From Selaginella moellendorffii (lineage: Eukaryota; Plantae; Lycopodiophyta): 64,000 nucleotides of DNA. This document shows, piece after piece, positions 34,222-46,810 of this stretch (position 1 is its first letter; every line of letters starts with the position of its first letter). The stretch spans positions 766,752 to 830,751 of the forward strand of contig NW_003314347.1 in assembly GCF_000143415.4 (NCBI RefSeq), read 5' to 3'. The notes beneath the pieces are model-generated. The model was not told where the DNA came from. It saw nothing but the letters and a program-made list of their open reading frames with translations, and searched no databases. Both the position numbers and the translations under genes were made by a program.

Positions 34222-37200
34222 ATGGGAATGGATTGTTGCGCAAACGGGATTGAGGCAACGGCAGAAGGGGGTGTAGCATCGGCAGAGAAGGATCAGGTTC
34301 TCCAGGCAGTCCAGGTTGCCGTGCATATCCGCCCATTGATTTTGCAAGAACGAATCCAAGGTTGTAAGGAATGTGTTTCTCCGGTACCAAACGAACCACA
34401 GGTACTTTCTCCTCTTTCTTTTCAGCTACCACGCTTTTTTCATTCGAGGTGATTCATTCCAGGTCCAACTGGGTTCTCATGTTTTCACATTCGATCACGT
34501 CTATGGAAGCGCCGCCTCTCCGCCTTCACACATTTTTGAAGAGTGCGTAGCTCCGTTGGTTGATGGCCTCTTTCACGGGTATAATGCAACAGTTTTGGCG
34601 TATGGACAGGCAAGCGTTTCTTTTTTATTTCATGGACAAGCACCTGACGCAACGCTTTTGGCGCTAGTGTAGACTGGATCAGGCAAAACATACACGATGG
34701 GAACCGGTGGGAATGCCGAAGGAATCATCAGAAGGGTCATGGAGACACTTTTTCGGAAGATCGAGAAGCTCAAAGACAAAGCTGATTTCCAGTTGCGGGT
34801 CTCTTTTATTGAGGTAACTTGCTGTTTTTTTTTCTTTGCGCGTTTTAACTTCGCAGTTTTGTAGATACTCAAGGAGGAAATTCACGACCTCCTTGACACG
34901 AACCCTTCCCAGGCTGTCAAGCAAGAGCCATTTGTTGGTGTCTTTGGCGTCAAGCCTTGCTCACCTGGAAAGCCACCTATCCTAATTCGTGAGACTACGG
35001 GAGGAGGAATCACACTTTCCAGCGTTACTGAAATCGACGTAACTAATCTGCATGAAATGTCCTCGTGTCTAGAGCAAGGATCTGCATTTCGTGCGACGGG
35101 GAGTACTAATATGAATACACACTCAAGGTAATCACAGTACTTTGCAGTTTTTATGTTTTACTAACGTTTTTCTTTCACAGTCGTTCCCATGCCATTTTTA
35201 CGATCACGATGGAGCAACGTAGAAGGCCAGACCCTTTAGTTGGCTCACCTGAGGACGACTACTTATCCGCCAAGCTGCACTTGGTGGATCTTGCAGGGTC
35301 GGAACGAGCAAAACGGACTGGAACGGATGGGTTGCGTTTCAAAGAAGGTTGGTTTTATTAGTTGCAGAGGTTTCACGTAAGGTTTAACTTTCTGTTTGCA
35401 GGTGTTCATATCAATAAGGGACTTTTAGCTCTTGGAAATGTCATCAGTGCTTTGGGAGATGATAAAAAACGTAAAGAAGGAGGGCATGTTCCTTATAGGG
35501 ATAGCAAACTCACTCGTCTATTGCAGGTACTGTTGCGTAGGTTTTTTTTTATTGCGTTTTGACAAGAAAACCTGTGCAGGACTCCCTTGGTGGCAACAGC
35601 AGGACTGTTATGATAGGTATGCTTTTTAATTTTTGTTTTCTTCCAATCACACGTTTGGTCCGACGCAGCATGCGTCAGCCCTGCAGATTCTAACGCAGAA
35701 GAAACTCTCAACACTCTGAAGTATGCTAATCGGGCTCGAAATATTCAAAACAAGCCGACTGTAAGTGTTTTTAGCACATTAAAAACATGTAAAAGGAATC
35801 TTTATTGCAGGTAAATCGTGATCCAGCTGCAGCAGAACTTCTAAAATTAAGACAGCAGATTGAAATTCTACAAAATCAACTTCTTTGTGCGCAGGAGGCA
35901 AATAGTTCTGACGACCTCCAGGTTTGTCATGTCAAAGTTACAAATCTGTTTTCTTGATCTTCTTGCTTTGCAGATACTTAAACAAAAGGTCGTATGGCTC
36001 GAAGCCAGAAATGCCGAATTATGTTTGGAGCTACAACAATCTCGTGATGCTCTTGAGGCCCTTATGCAGGAAACTCATGTAGGATATTCTTCGAGTTTAT
36101 AGTTGGACTAGATGTAAGAGCTTTGTTTACAGGTGCATTGTGGATCTCAGTATGAAAACCGCGAGGGTGTGACATCACAGGTAACAATTTATGCCGACAA
36201 AAAGTGTCATGTTTTGGGTCAATTTTTTCAGGCAGAAACAATTCTAGCTAATCAAGTTTCACGGATTAAAGAGCTTGAAACTGAGTTGCAGCAGCTGAAA
36301 GCTCGTGCTTCTCAACAAACTGTTCAGAGTTGCCATCCACCAATGATGAGCTGCATGAACGGGAGTGCTCCAGAAGTGGTAGACCTGGAAATTCCCAGCG
36401 ATCTCTCGCCTGAGATAGATACACATGCCAAAGAATTGGAACACACTATTCTTCAGGACAGTCTGGACAAAGAGTTACAAGAATTAAACAAGAAACTTGC
36501 TCAGAAAGAGGTGATACTTTCATGTGACTAGTTGCACTAGTTCTCATGCTTGTGTATTGTTTCAGGCGGAGATGAAGTCGTTCACAAAATCTGACTCTAT
36601 GGTTCTAAAGCAGCATTTCGAAAGAAAGCTGGTTGAGCTCGAAGAAGAGAAGAAGGCATTGCAGGTACGTTAATTTTGCTAGAGTCGATTTTTACTTACT
36701 CGAAACTGTAGAGGGAGAGAGATGTTTTACTTGCCGAGCTAGAAAATCTTGCTACCGCCTCTGATGAGCAAACACACAAAATGCAAGATTCATACATTCA
36801 AAAGCTTAAAGAACTCGAATATCAGGCAAGTAGATTTTTCCAACTTAGAAATAAAATATTTGCTTATGTCTTACGTTTTATCAGATAGCTGATTTGAAAA
36901 AGAAGCAAGATAATCAGTCGCAGTTGCTAAAACAAAAACAGCGCAGTGACGAGGCTGCGAGACGTTTGCATGACGAAATCCATCGAATCAAACAACAAAA
37001 GGTGTGCTCTGCTGAACTTTACTGATTCTTCTTTTACTCTTTTATTCGTCTGTTATCGTGGTGTGAAGGTGCAATTGCAACAAAAAATTAAGCAGGAATC
37101 TGAGCAGTTCCGGTTGTGGAAGGCTGCTCGTGAGAAAGAACTGTTGCAGGTAACATCTCTTTAATTTGTAATTGTCTTGTAAACAGCCTCTTGCTACAGT

Positions 37201-38732
37201 TACGGAAAGAAGGACGAAGAAATGAATACGAAATGCACAAATTACGGGCACTGCATCAGCATCAAAAAATGGTTTCTTTTGGTAGTTCGTAAGTTCTTCG
37301 TGAACACTGTTGTTTCAGGTTCTTCAAAGGAAGACGGAGGAAGCAGCAATTGCTACACGGCGCCTGAAGGAGGTTTTGGAGTCTCGCAAGTTATCTGGAC
37401 GGGAGGCTGTTTTCTGTTACTCTAACTCGAGGCATTGGACAGGCACTTTAACAGACAATGGACACGCTTTTCAGGTCATGGTTGTGCTTCTCTCCTTTCG
37501 GCTTTTAAAACTCTCGATTTACAGGCGGATGATAAAGTCTTACACAGTTGGGTTGATCGTGAGATCGAAGTGGCCCTTCATGTTCACGAAGTTCGTGTAG
37601 CTTATGACAAGCAGAGTGAAGCGTAAGTCGAGGCTTTTATTGCTTCCAACGTGTGTTCTCAAAGTTCTTACTTTCGTAGGCGCACTGCTCTTGCTAATGA
37701 ACTGTCAAAGCTAAAGGCGGAGGAAATGTATGATCGTTCATACAATGCGCAAAACGGGTATGCTACAGAAGTTTATCTTGTTTAATGTCTGATGATTTCA
37801 ACTGATGCAGCAATTGTTTACCGATGCACGGGCAAATTGATTTACTTGAGAACATGTTGAATGCATCTTCAGATGCATTGGTTTCAATGGCATCAGAACT
37901 CTCTGAAGCCGAAGAGCGCGAGCTCAACGGTCATGCACGATGGCTCCATTTAAAAACTTTGGGGGAGGCCAAAGCACTGCTCAACGTAACATTCAGTGCA
38001 GCTGTGTGTGCTCGGTATGGAATTTCCCTGTCTCTGTATAAGAAGCCAACAAGTTTCTTGTGAATTCCAGGTGCGATCTTCAAGACAGGGAGACTGAGAT
38101 ACGGGAGTTGAAGGACAAAATCGTTGAGCTCAACGATGCCTTGAAGCTCTCCGATGCACGCAGACAGGAACTTGACAGGCAACAGCGGTTGAAAGAGCAA
38201 GCTGTTGCCGTGGCCCTTGCTGCGGCGACAAAGGTAGATAAAAAGTTTCGCGTGCACTGACACCAAGACTTACAATTTCCCGTCAGGCTGGTGCGGACGT
38301 TGCGGTGAGATGTGGAATGGAGGAGCTGTCGTTGGGTTTCTCACAACTTGCAGCCTCCGGATCCAAGCACTTGCAGTATCCTACAAACAATAGCGTCGAT
38401 GGTTCGTCAGATTACGACGTCCGAAAGGTAAACACGATAGTCTTCAGTTATGAGAACCATATTCTTCAGTTATGAGAAGAACCACGTACTAAATCATAGA
38501 TTGGGTTGACTTGCAGTTGGCCTCCCTCGAGCCTGGACTAATGACAAAGCAGCCAGGTTTTCAAACTGGAAAACTTTGGAAATGGAAGCAAAGTCATCAG
38601 CAGCGGTGGTCTTTCCACTTCAAGTGGAAATGGCAAAAGCCCTGGAGGCTCTCAGAATGGGTAAGGCATGGTGAGGAATCCATTGAAAGAGTGAGGCCTT
38701 CCAAAGTGGTCGGTCTGCTGGAGATGACTTGA
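34222..38732 (+). CDS. Kinesin-4 (FRA1/KIN4A-like) motor, many exons
   Basis: [28 protein letters not shown]|[14 protein letters not shown]|[39 protein letters not shown], coiled coils, C-terminal [21 protein letters not shown] typical of the FRA1 clade. Confidence 0.95.
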
Positions 38733-40094
38733 TCAATCGAGGAAGGCAGATGCTGAATGCACAAGCCTGCTTGGCAGGGTATGGGGAAAGGAGCCACAGG
38801 TTACAGATTCGATGTGAGGCATAGAGACCGGTGGAAGCGATTGCGAGTCTGAAAGGTTTGTAACTTCCGGTAAAATCTTGTGAAGTTTCTGACTACTTTG
38901 TGATTCTTCTGACAACAGGAATCGAGATGTATCAAGGATACATTGAAACATACACAATACACACAGCTACTACACACATACAACACACAAACACACAGCA
39001 AGCAACCAAGCAACTTGGACGATACATATAAAGTTTTTATACGGCGGATGTATAGCAACATATTTTTACTCGTGCCGCGTGAACTTCCCGTATTTTGTTG
39101 AGATGATTCAGAGAGCTATCCAGGTAAGCTGTTTAATCTCTTGCCTGTGTCTAGCGATGTCATTTTAATTTGCTTCCATGCGTGTGTGTTTGAAGGAAGT
39201 GAAACACATTTCGTATAAAATGCCTCTGAAATGTCAAGTTCTTATCGGTATGCTTGGTGTTTTTGAATGGACTAAGTGAATTCTTTATCAGTTCTTTGCA
39301 GAAAAATGTGATTTTTGGAGCGGCAGTTTTGAGAGAAGAAAGCATCCCAGGTATGAGAGCAATTTCTGGGCACTGGACAGACTTTCACGGAGTCCATGAA
39401 AACTTCCACTCCTAGATCGAGTTGTCCAGCCATGAAGCAGGGAGACTCGAGGTTGACGGGTTTACGTCAAGAAGAAAGCAGCAAGGTCGAGCTATAGACG
39501 TTCTACCTGTGGACAAGCTGAGCGAGTTCTTGGATAGAGAACAGGGCAGTGTCCAGGAGGTAACTTTGGCGGTCCAGTTCCAGCAGAAGTGCTTCCAGGA
39601 CGATTCGGGAGAGCTGGCCCCCGCGGACGTGCACAAGATGGCTGGAGATCACTGCAGCTGAGAAGGGCGAGCTGTTCGTGTTTGGAGCAGAACGGGAAAC
39701 GAAGATAAACACCTGGTTGCTCAGGCTCAAGAGTAGCGCTAGATGAAATGGTTCCTGCTAAAACCAAGCAGCTTATCATTATAAGTTTTGGTATGCTTAT
39801 TGAGCTTGAACTACTCTTGCTCAGGCTCAAGAGTAGCGCTAGGTGGTTGTTATGAAATAGTTCCTGCTAAAACCAAGCAGCTTATCATTATAGAGAATAG
39901 ACTCCGATTCGATGCCGAGGGCTTCGATTTAAGGCACAGTGATCGACCTCGCATTCCAGAAATAAGTTTTGGTATGCTTTATTCAGCTTGAACAATCAAG
40001 CAAGAAATGCTTAAAAATGCTTGAAATCGAAGATCCAATCCCGGCGCCTTTGAAATGATTTACTGGCAGCTTTAACAATCCAGCAAGAAATGCT

Positions 40095-40422
40095 TAAAAA
40101 GTTCAAACGTGCGCCATGGACACATTGGCTAATGATATTGTTTAAGGCATCCTGAAAATTTTAAATATCAGAATTTGGAGGGAAATGTTTGGAATCTACC
40201 TGCTGTTGCCGTCCCAATGTGCCTGGATCACCATCCGGAACTGGCTATGAGGCAATTGCCCCAAGTCAAGGCTGAAATCAGAGAATCCGCCATTGCAAAT
40301 CCTTGTTGATATTGCTGGACAGAATAGCCTGGATTGGGATTTCCAAAACACTCAGCCCCATTCACTATCACAACTCCCCCACAAACAACAAGAGCTAAAA
40401 AGAAGAACAACTTGCAAGCCAT
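40095..40422 (-). pseudogene. Small secreted Cys protein, copy 1 (frameshifted)
   Basis: MACKLFFFLALVVCGGVVIVNGAECF... Relative to the copy at 56396 it lacks 10 nt before RICNGG and lacks the QHCW codons; its 3' end is also deleted. Confidence 0.75.
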
Positions 40423-41262
40423 TTTGTGCAAAATCTATGAGTGCTCTACCCAGCATTGCAATTCCAGTATGTATATATGCATCAAGTGCACAATCACGGC
40501 ACGACTCTTTTGATTGGACAGAGAGATGCGAATGGTTAATTCCGCAGGGGTACAATTTGAAACGAGGATTTCAGCTTTGGATATGTCAACTTGAAAGAAG
40601 AATTTCAGATTAACTTAATTCAATTTAAAATGGCAAAAATACATCTTAGAAATATACTTAAATATTCTAGCATATTATATTCATTAACAAAATAAATTTG
40701 GCTTAAAAAGTAATTGTAATAATAATACTAATAATATAAATATATATTAGGACTAAGCTAATGGAAGGCGAGCAACCTTGGCAATCCCGGACAGTTCACC
40801 ATGTTGGATCTCGCATCACACTTTACGAGCCAATGCAATCGAAACCCATGCCGCAAAGATTGAGCTCCAGATGACAACAGAGGTGAAAGTTTCCAGCTTC
40901 TCGGCAGCTTGTTTTCATGGTGGTACTTTCAATCTAGGAGAGAATGGACTTTGTTGCTATGATTCTAAGCCAGTAACGCCGATGGTGGTGGTGGCGTTTC
41001 ACTCGGAATTTCCCGGAAGAACAGCAACCATCCTGTACTTTGAGAGACTGACTACAGTGGAAGTTTGACTCAGCGTTAAATCGTTATCAAAGTGCGCTAA
41101 AAACGTTTTTGTTCCGGGTGTGCGTGCGTGCAGGATGTGACGGAGTTCCATTGTTTGTCTCTCGCTTTTTGCGTTCTGAGTTCTTCCAACGACTAGAGAT
41201 CTAGCACAAGCGTCGTGTGCGAAAGAATAAGACACCAGCAACGAGGGAGCCATTCGACGAGA

Positions 41263-41415
41263 AGCCCAGAACGGACATAGCTAGACAGCACTAGATCTGT
41301 ACCAACAAGGCGCGAATGTGGAGGAGAACGAGGTAACATACATTGTGTTGCTTGGAGCTTGTGGCGAGCTTGGAGATCTTGCCTGGGGAATGGAGCTCCA
41401 TGCCAGGATCGTGGT
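41263..41415 (+). pseudogene. PPR gene remnant
   Basis: AQNGHS*TALDLYQQGANVEENEVTYIVLLGACGELGDLAWGMELHARIV (P-L motif pair with in-frame stop). Inverted copy at ~55305-55458. Confidence 0.75.
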
Positions 41416-42482
41416 TCTTGAACATTACTTCAAGATGACCATGCTGCTATTACTTCATTATTAAAGTGAAAGAACTTAATTGGTCGTACTGCTCAACTAT
41501 TATAAATGTATATAGTGACGGCATCAACTGAAATCTACTAGAGATTTGAAACAACGAGCCCAGTTTGCTCGCTCAAAATTGAGCATAAAGTCAAGGACAG
41601 TCAGTGAAAGTCAATCAAATCTAAGAAAGTCTTCAAAGACTGTGCTGACTTTGGCGAACCCATGGTACGGAATGCACGAACAGGAATCGGCATTTGCGAA
41701 CTTCTTCCATCGCTCAAATGGAGGATCTGGGCCGCGATCGCTGTTTATTTGCTCGGTTGCACCTCTTGATTGTGCAAGAGGTGGTCATCGAGATTTGTGG
41801 AAGCTGGGATTCGCATGCCCAAAACAGTGCCATTGCCTTATCTCCAAGTTTGCAAAGGTCTGAGCACTTCTCTCTTAAAATCCCTTTACTGGACTTGGCT
41901 TCCAGGAAGAATCAGTGGACATAGCATATATGCGAAATTTTTGTAATCGTACATGACTAAAAAAAAACAATCTTCGTTGTCAACACTCTGTGTGAGCGTT
42001 TTTGCGTGGCTTATGCTCCAGCTCCAGATCTCGATACACAATGACCCAAAAGATACTGGGGCAAAGATCCGAGTGGAAAGGCAAAATGGTTTAGTTTCGT
42101 CCCTTCATTTTCTGGTTTGTCATTACAGTAAGCTGAGAAACCCTAGTGGCGCTTGGAGCTATGGTGTGGCAGCACAAGACTGTCCACTTGGTATGTAAGA
42201 AATTTAGATGTTCCACTCCAGTTGTGCCATGCTCGAGGCTACCACAATCTTCCAGCTGACGAGGTACACCATTGCGTCAGCCAAGTTGACCATTGTGACT
42301 TTTGGTTATCATAGCTTTGTCTCTTATGTGTGAATAAGAGCCTGGCAATGCCCAGGCGTACAGCCAACAGTGGCTGGCATTTTAGAATCGTTGCTTTTTC
42401 TTTCTTCTTGTTTTTGCATGGTATCGGAGCTAGGCTAGCTCTCACTTTGATGGCACTATTGTTCACCTTGTCTTTAGAAGTG

Positions 42483-42683
42483 NNNNNNNNNNNNNNNNNN
42501 NNNNNNNNNNNNNNNNNNNNNNNNNNNNNNNNNNNNNNNNNNNNNNNNNNNNNNNNNNNNNNNNNNNNNNNNNNNNNNNNNNNNNNNNNNNNNNNNNNNN
42601 NNNNNNNNNNNNNNNNNNNNNNNNNNNNNNNNNNNNNNNNNNNNNNNNNNNNNNNNNNNNNNNNNNNNNNNNNNNNNNNNNNN
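42483..42683. other. Assembly gap (N run)
   Basis: Run of N. Confidence 1.
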
Positions 42684-44536
42684 AGTGAAGAAGTGTACCT
42701 GAACCTTGGCAAGACCAGTAGAGCAAGATGCTCAATCTCAAGCTCTAGCTCAACAGTTTGGCATGTGGAAGTGTTATCTGATAGGCTGGTCCTCCACATT
42801 TATATTTGCTAGAATAACTAGGCTATCAATTAATGTTAGGGAAGCAACCATGTTATCCATTGGACAATGCTGAAAAGCATAAACATTTACAGGTGAGCCA
42901 ATCGCATTGTCTTGCTTGCTGCAAAGATCACTAGCAGCTAACTCTTTTATTATATGGTGAATCAATTGAGCTACCTCAACAAGGGAAGTACTATGCAATG
43001 ATATATATTGAGGTCCAATATACTTTACTGGCTGGATAATATTGATTGCTTTTACATAGAGAGTTTTGCAGACTTGTGACATCACTTTAAATAGATTTTC
43101 AAGGTATGAAATTTACAACTTGCCAACATAGAACTAGTTAAATTAATACTTTTTTCATGATTGCTCAAGATCCTGGTTCATCCAAAATTATTACAAGAAA
43201 ATTACTAACAAAATCATAAAATTTATCAAAATTTACCCTTCCATTCCTGTAGAGCTGAACAAGAGGGGAGTGGTACAAATGCCTGGATAATTTCTTATAA
43301 ATATTCATTAATAAAAATATTAGATAAAAATTATTATTTGGAAATATGAATATTTTTAAAAAATACACTTCTCTTTTAAAAATATTTTTTTTTAAAATTA
43401 AAAATGAATTTTTTATTATTAACAATATGCTATATGTAAACTATATTGTTTCTTGGAATAAACTTATATCAAAATTTTATAAAAAAAAGAGAATAATTAC
43501 TGCAAGATATTACTTAATTATGCATTTTACTTAGAATATAAAACAATAAGTATTTAGGAACATTAACATATTTCTACCCAGATCCAGTCAAGAAAATAAT
43601 TATTTGTACATATAGAAACTATAAATTCAAATATTATATTTTATAGTATTATGTACTAATAAACTTTATTTGCAGTTAGGAAAAATATTTACAATCTAGC
43701 TCATTATAAAAAAAAAACTAAGATAATATATGCAGTATTTGATTAAACAGTAATATTTTCTAAGGCTGCATATAAAATATAATATGTAATATTATTGTTA
43801 AAGTTGTTTAATTTTTCTGTATTAACACTTGAAGTTTTGATTATGGTTCTATACATTCATAAAACTAAGTTAACCCACATTTGATATACCATCACCTAGT
43901 GTTGGGTTTTATATATTTTAGATACGCCATTTGTACAGGATATAATTTTTTTAATTATATTTGTAAATACTGTTAAATTATATTATAAAATTTAATTTTG
44001 ACCTAAAATATGTAAAGATTTTTGAATAAGTTTAGGTAAAGCTGATTATTTTATTTATAATAAAGTTATTTACATAAAAAATATTCACTCTCTTAGGGTA
44101 ACCCATTAAACAGAATTCAAATCTCTACCAATTTTGGATTTTGATCTAGTGATGCAACCAAAGACATATAATCTATCAATACAACTTGTCATTGGCTAGA
44201 TTAGCAAAAGCATTATGTATTGCCATCTAGATAACCCAAAATCTTTTGATACCGCATTTCCATCACCATGGCAACACAATTAGCAAGAGATAGAACCTAT
44301 TATTAGAGTCTGGCCAGCACTTAGCACTTAATGTCCCAATCTCTACACCTATGAATTCACCTGGTAAAGAAAGTAAAAATTTTACCATCCTAATAACTAT
44401 GTAAATTTGCCACAATAAGAATTATGTGACTTGTGAATGCCCCTCCTCTGGTGCTAGTGGCTGAGAAACTACATGCCAAGCAAACTCCCAACATTGGGCA
44501 TGACAATAAGCCTAGGAAGATCACAAAGAATGTTAC

Positions 44537-45046
44537 TATCCAAGTATAAACTCAAGCCAGGACCAATTGTCATAGCTACTCTTGCAAGTTTTGACTCTTT
44601 CACTTTTGCATTCTCTAGAGCTTGTGCCACCACCTAAAGAACATAAAATAACTTTCAAAACTTCCATTAAAAGGAGAATAGCTTACTTTGTTGATTGCTT
44701 GACTGTGGTTTAGACATGTTGCTAGAGGCATCACACCACCATATTGTTGAAACAACTCTGCCTTGAATCCAAAGAAACAAAACAAAATAGAATAAAAATG
44801 AAAAAGAGAGAGAGAAAAGTACTTATGATCTTAATGACTCTCCCAAAATCTTTCTGTTGCTAGTGACGTAATAAAAAGTTTGAAAAAATGCAATCTCATT
44901 ACAAGAAACTCCATTTACAATAGCAACTCCAATGGCATTGTAACTTGCCTCAATCCCCAAAATAAGCAACAAACTAGTAGTTGGTAATGAGAAAAGAAGG
45001 GCACCATACAGGAATTTACACATTTGGGATGGATGTGAGCTGCCAT
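44537..45046 (-). pseudogene. 5' fragment of organellar tRNA t6A synthase TsaD/Qri7/GCP1
   Basis: Exons give ILGIEASYNAIGVAIV, ILGESLRS*, AELFQQYGGVMPLATCLNHSQAINK|VVAQALENAKVKESKLARVAMTIGPGLSLYL (cf. LGIETSCDD, YGGVAP, AVTIGPGL). Frameshift and stop present; the rest of TsaD is absent. Confidence 0.8.
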
Positions 45047-45090
45047 TTTTTCACTAAGAAGTGGTTAAAGAAATAACCCTTTTACAATTA

Positions 45091-45112
45091 CCCCCCCCCC
45101 CCCCCCCCCCCC
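45091..45112 (+). repeat. Poly-C homopolymer
   Basis: Run of about 22 C. Confidence 0.95.
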
Positions 45113-46810
45113 ATCGGATGGCTGCTATTGGTTGGATCCAACGGCCTAGAAAGCTCGGCGATTGCTTCTTATTATTATAGATTTTAAAATTATATTTATA
45201 TTGTGGATATTTGAAATAAATGTTTGTCTCTTTCTTTGTCATTTAAAAACTAATAATTAAAAATAAAATATTAACTATTAATATTTTATATAAAATAGCT
45301 AGGCTCAATTAAATTTATTTAATGTATATTCAGTCTCAATCTCGGACTCCATCTCAAACCCAATCTTGGTCTCCATCTTAAACTCCTTTTCAAACTCCAT
45401 CTCATATACATGGCTAAATTAGAGTATCTCAACAAAACTATCTTAACTCTTAAACTCTCTATGTTATTTAATAAACTTCAACTCCAATATCTTGCATGAC
45501 TATGTGAATTCTCTAAAAGTGCAATTTGAGTTTTGGAAGTAATTAATGGTATATCTACAAAGTCACATAGAATTGGCTATTATTTCTAATTTTCTTTACT
45601 CTTAGTTTGTATAGTTTCACTCTTTGGTTGATATTTTATATGCCTTTGCCACTATTAACTAAAACAATACTTGCAATTTTGTTATTTCTTTAAGGACGTA
45701 ACTTACTTATTAACAATTTAGCAAGAATTTATTGTATCAGAGTTTCTTATACATAATCCATACTAGTTTTTCATGTTAAAAAAAGTAAGAAAAAATTTAA
45801 TATTCTGAATACATAAGGAAATCAAACATTGTTACAAGAAAAGCATAATAAATTATTTCTATATAATTTTTGAAATTTTATTTAGCATTTTCTTAAAGTG
45901 ACATATTATATGTATAACTATACTATACTAATAAAGTTTAAACTACCATTTAATTTTTCAAGTTTTATTAACATTTTTAGCAGTTGACACTATTACTTTA
46001 TTGTAAATCTTCTTTCTATCATGCTGATATGTATGTATGTATGACTTATTTTAGGTTTGATATGATAATGCCAAAGCTGTATGTCTTATAGTATGCTTTG
46101 AACTTCAAATAAACATATATAATTCTAAAAGAATCCAATATAAATCATGAAAAATCATGAAAAAGAGAAGTATAATAAAGCATATGTAATTTATTTAATA
46201 TAACAAATGTGTAGGGTATAATTGTGTTCAACATTTTGAGATTTATAGTTACAATAGATGTAAATCAAAATATAGATCTAAGAGATTGTATCAACTTCTT
46301 ACCATAATGCCTTCTATTTACTAAGTTCAAGAATGTTAGATTAGATATGAGAATTGTCATCATATCTCTCATTAATTGTCCATGTTAATAAAATCAATTT
46401 AATTCAATTTAAGCAATATTGGTTACAGTAATCTCTCTAACTTAGAGCTCAACACAAGTATTTTGTTAGTAAGCTTATAGTGTTCACTTGCCATATGAAT
46501 AATCAAAGAAATATATTTGATTTGAAATGAATGGAATGGAAATATTCACATAGAAAGAATTGTAAAACATAAATTTTCTATAATTCCCTCAATTCTTCTT
46601 TCAAAGAATACAATATTTGTTGTTTTGATACTATTCCAATGTAATTTCTAATATATTAAAAAATCAAAACAATATTTTACTAACTGCACATCATATGCTA
46701 GTTTATTGAATAAGATAACACCCCCAACAAACATATTCGGTTACGATATTTATTCAAAGATTTAGTAGGAGATAAATAGGGTTTGATGCAGCACAAACAA
46801 TAGAGAGGCA

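Larger units (their letters stand above)
36676..41579 (+). repeat. Segmental duplication, copy 1 (partner 55142-59419, reverse complement)
   Basis: Near-identical reverse-complement match across kinesin 3' exons, 3' region, secreted-protein gene and PPR remnant. Confidence 0.95.

Noticed and set aside
39390-39720. GC-richer ORF-like patch duplicated at 57000-57330; also 40760-41080 (F-box C-terminus-like?)
   Set aside because: Short, no assignable family; identity between copies is explained by the recent duplication, not by selection.
42239-42812. ORFs spanning the N run
   Set aside because: Artefacts of translating through the gap.
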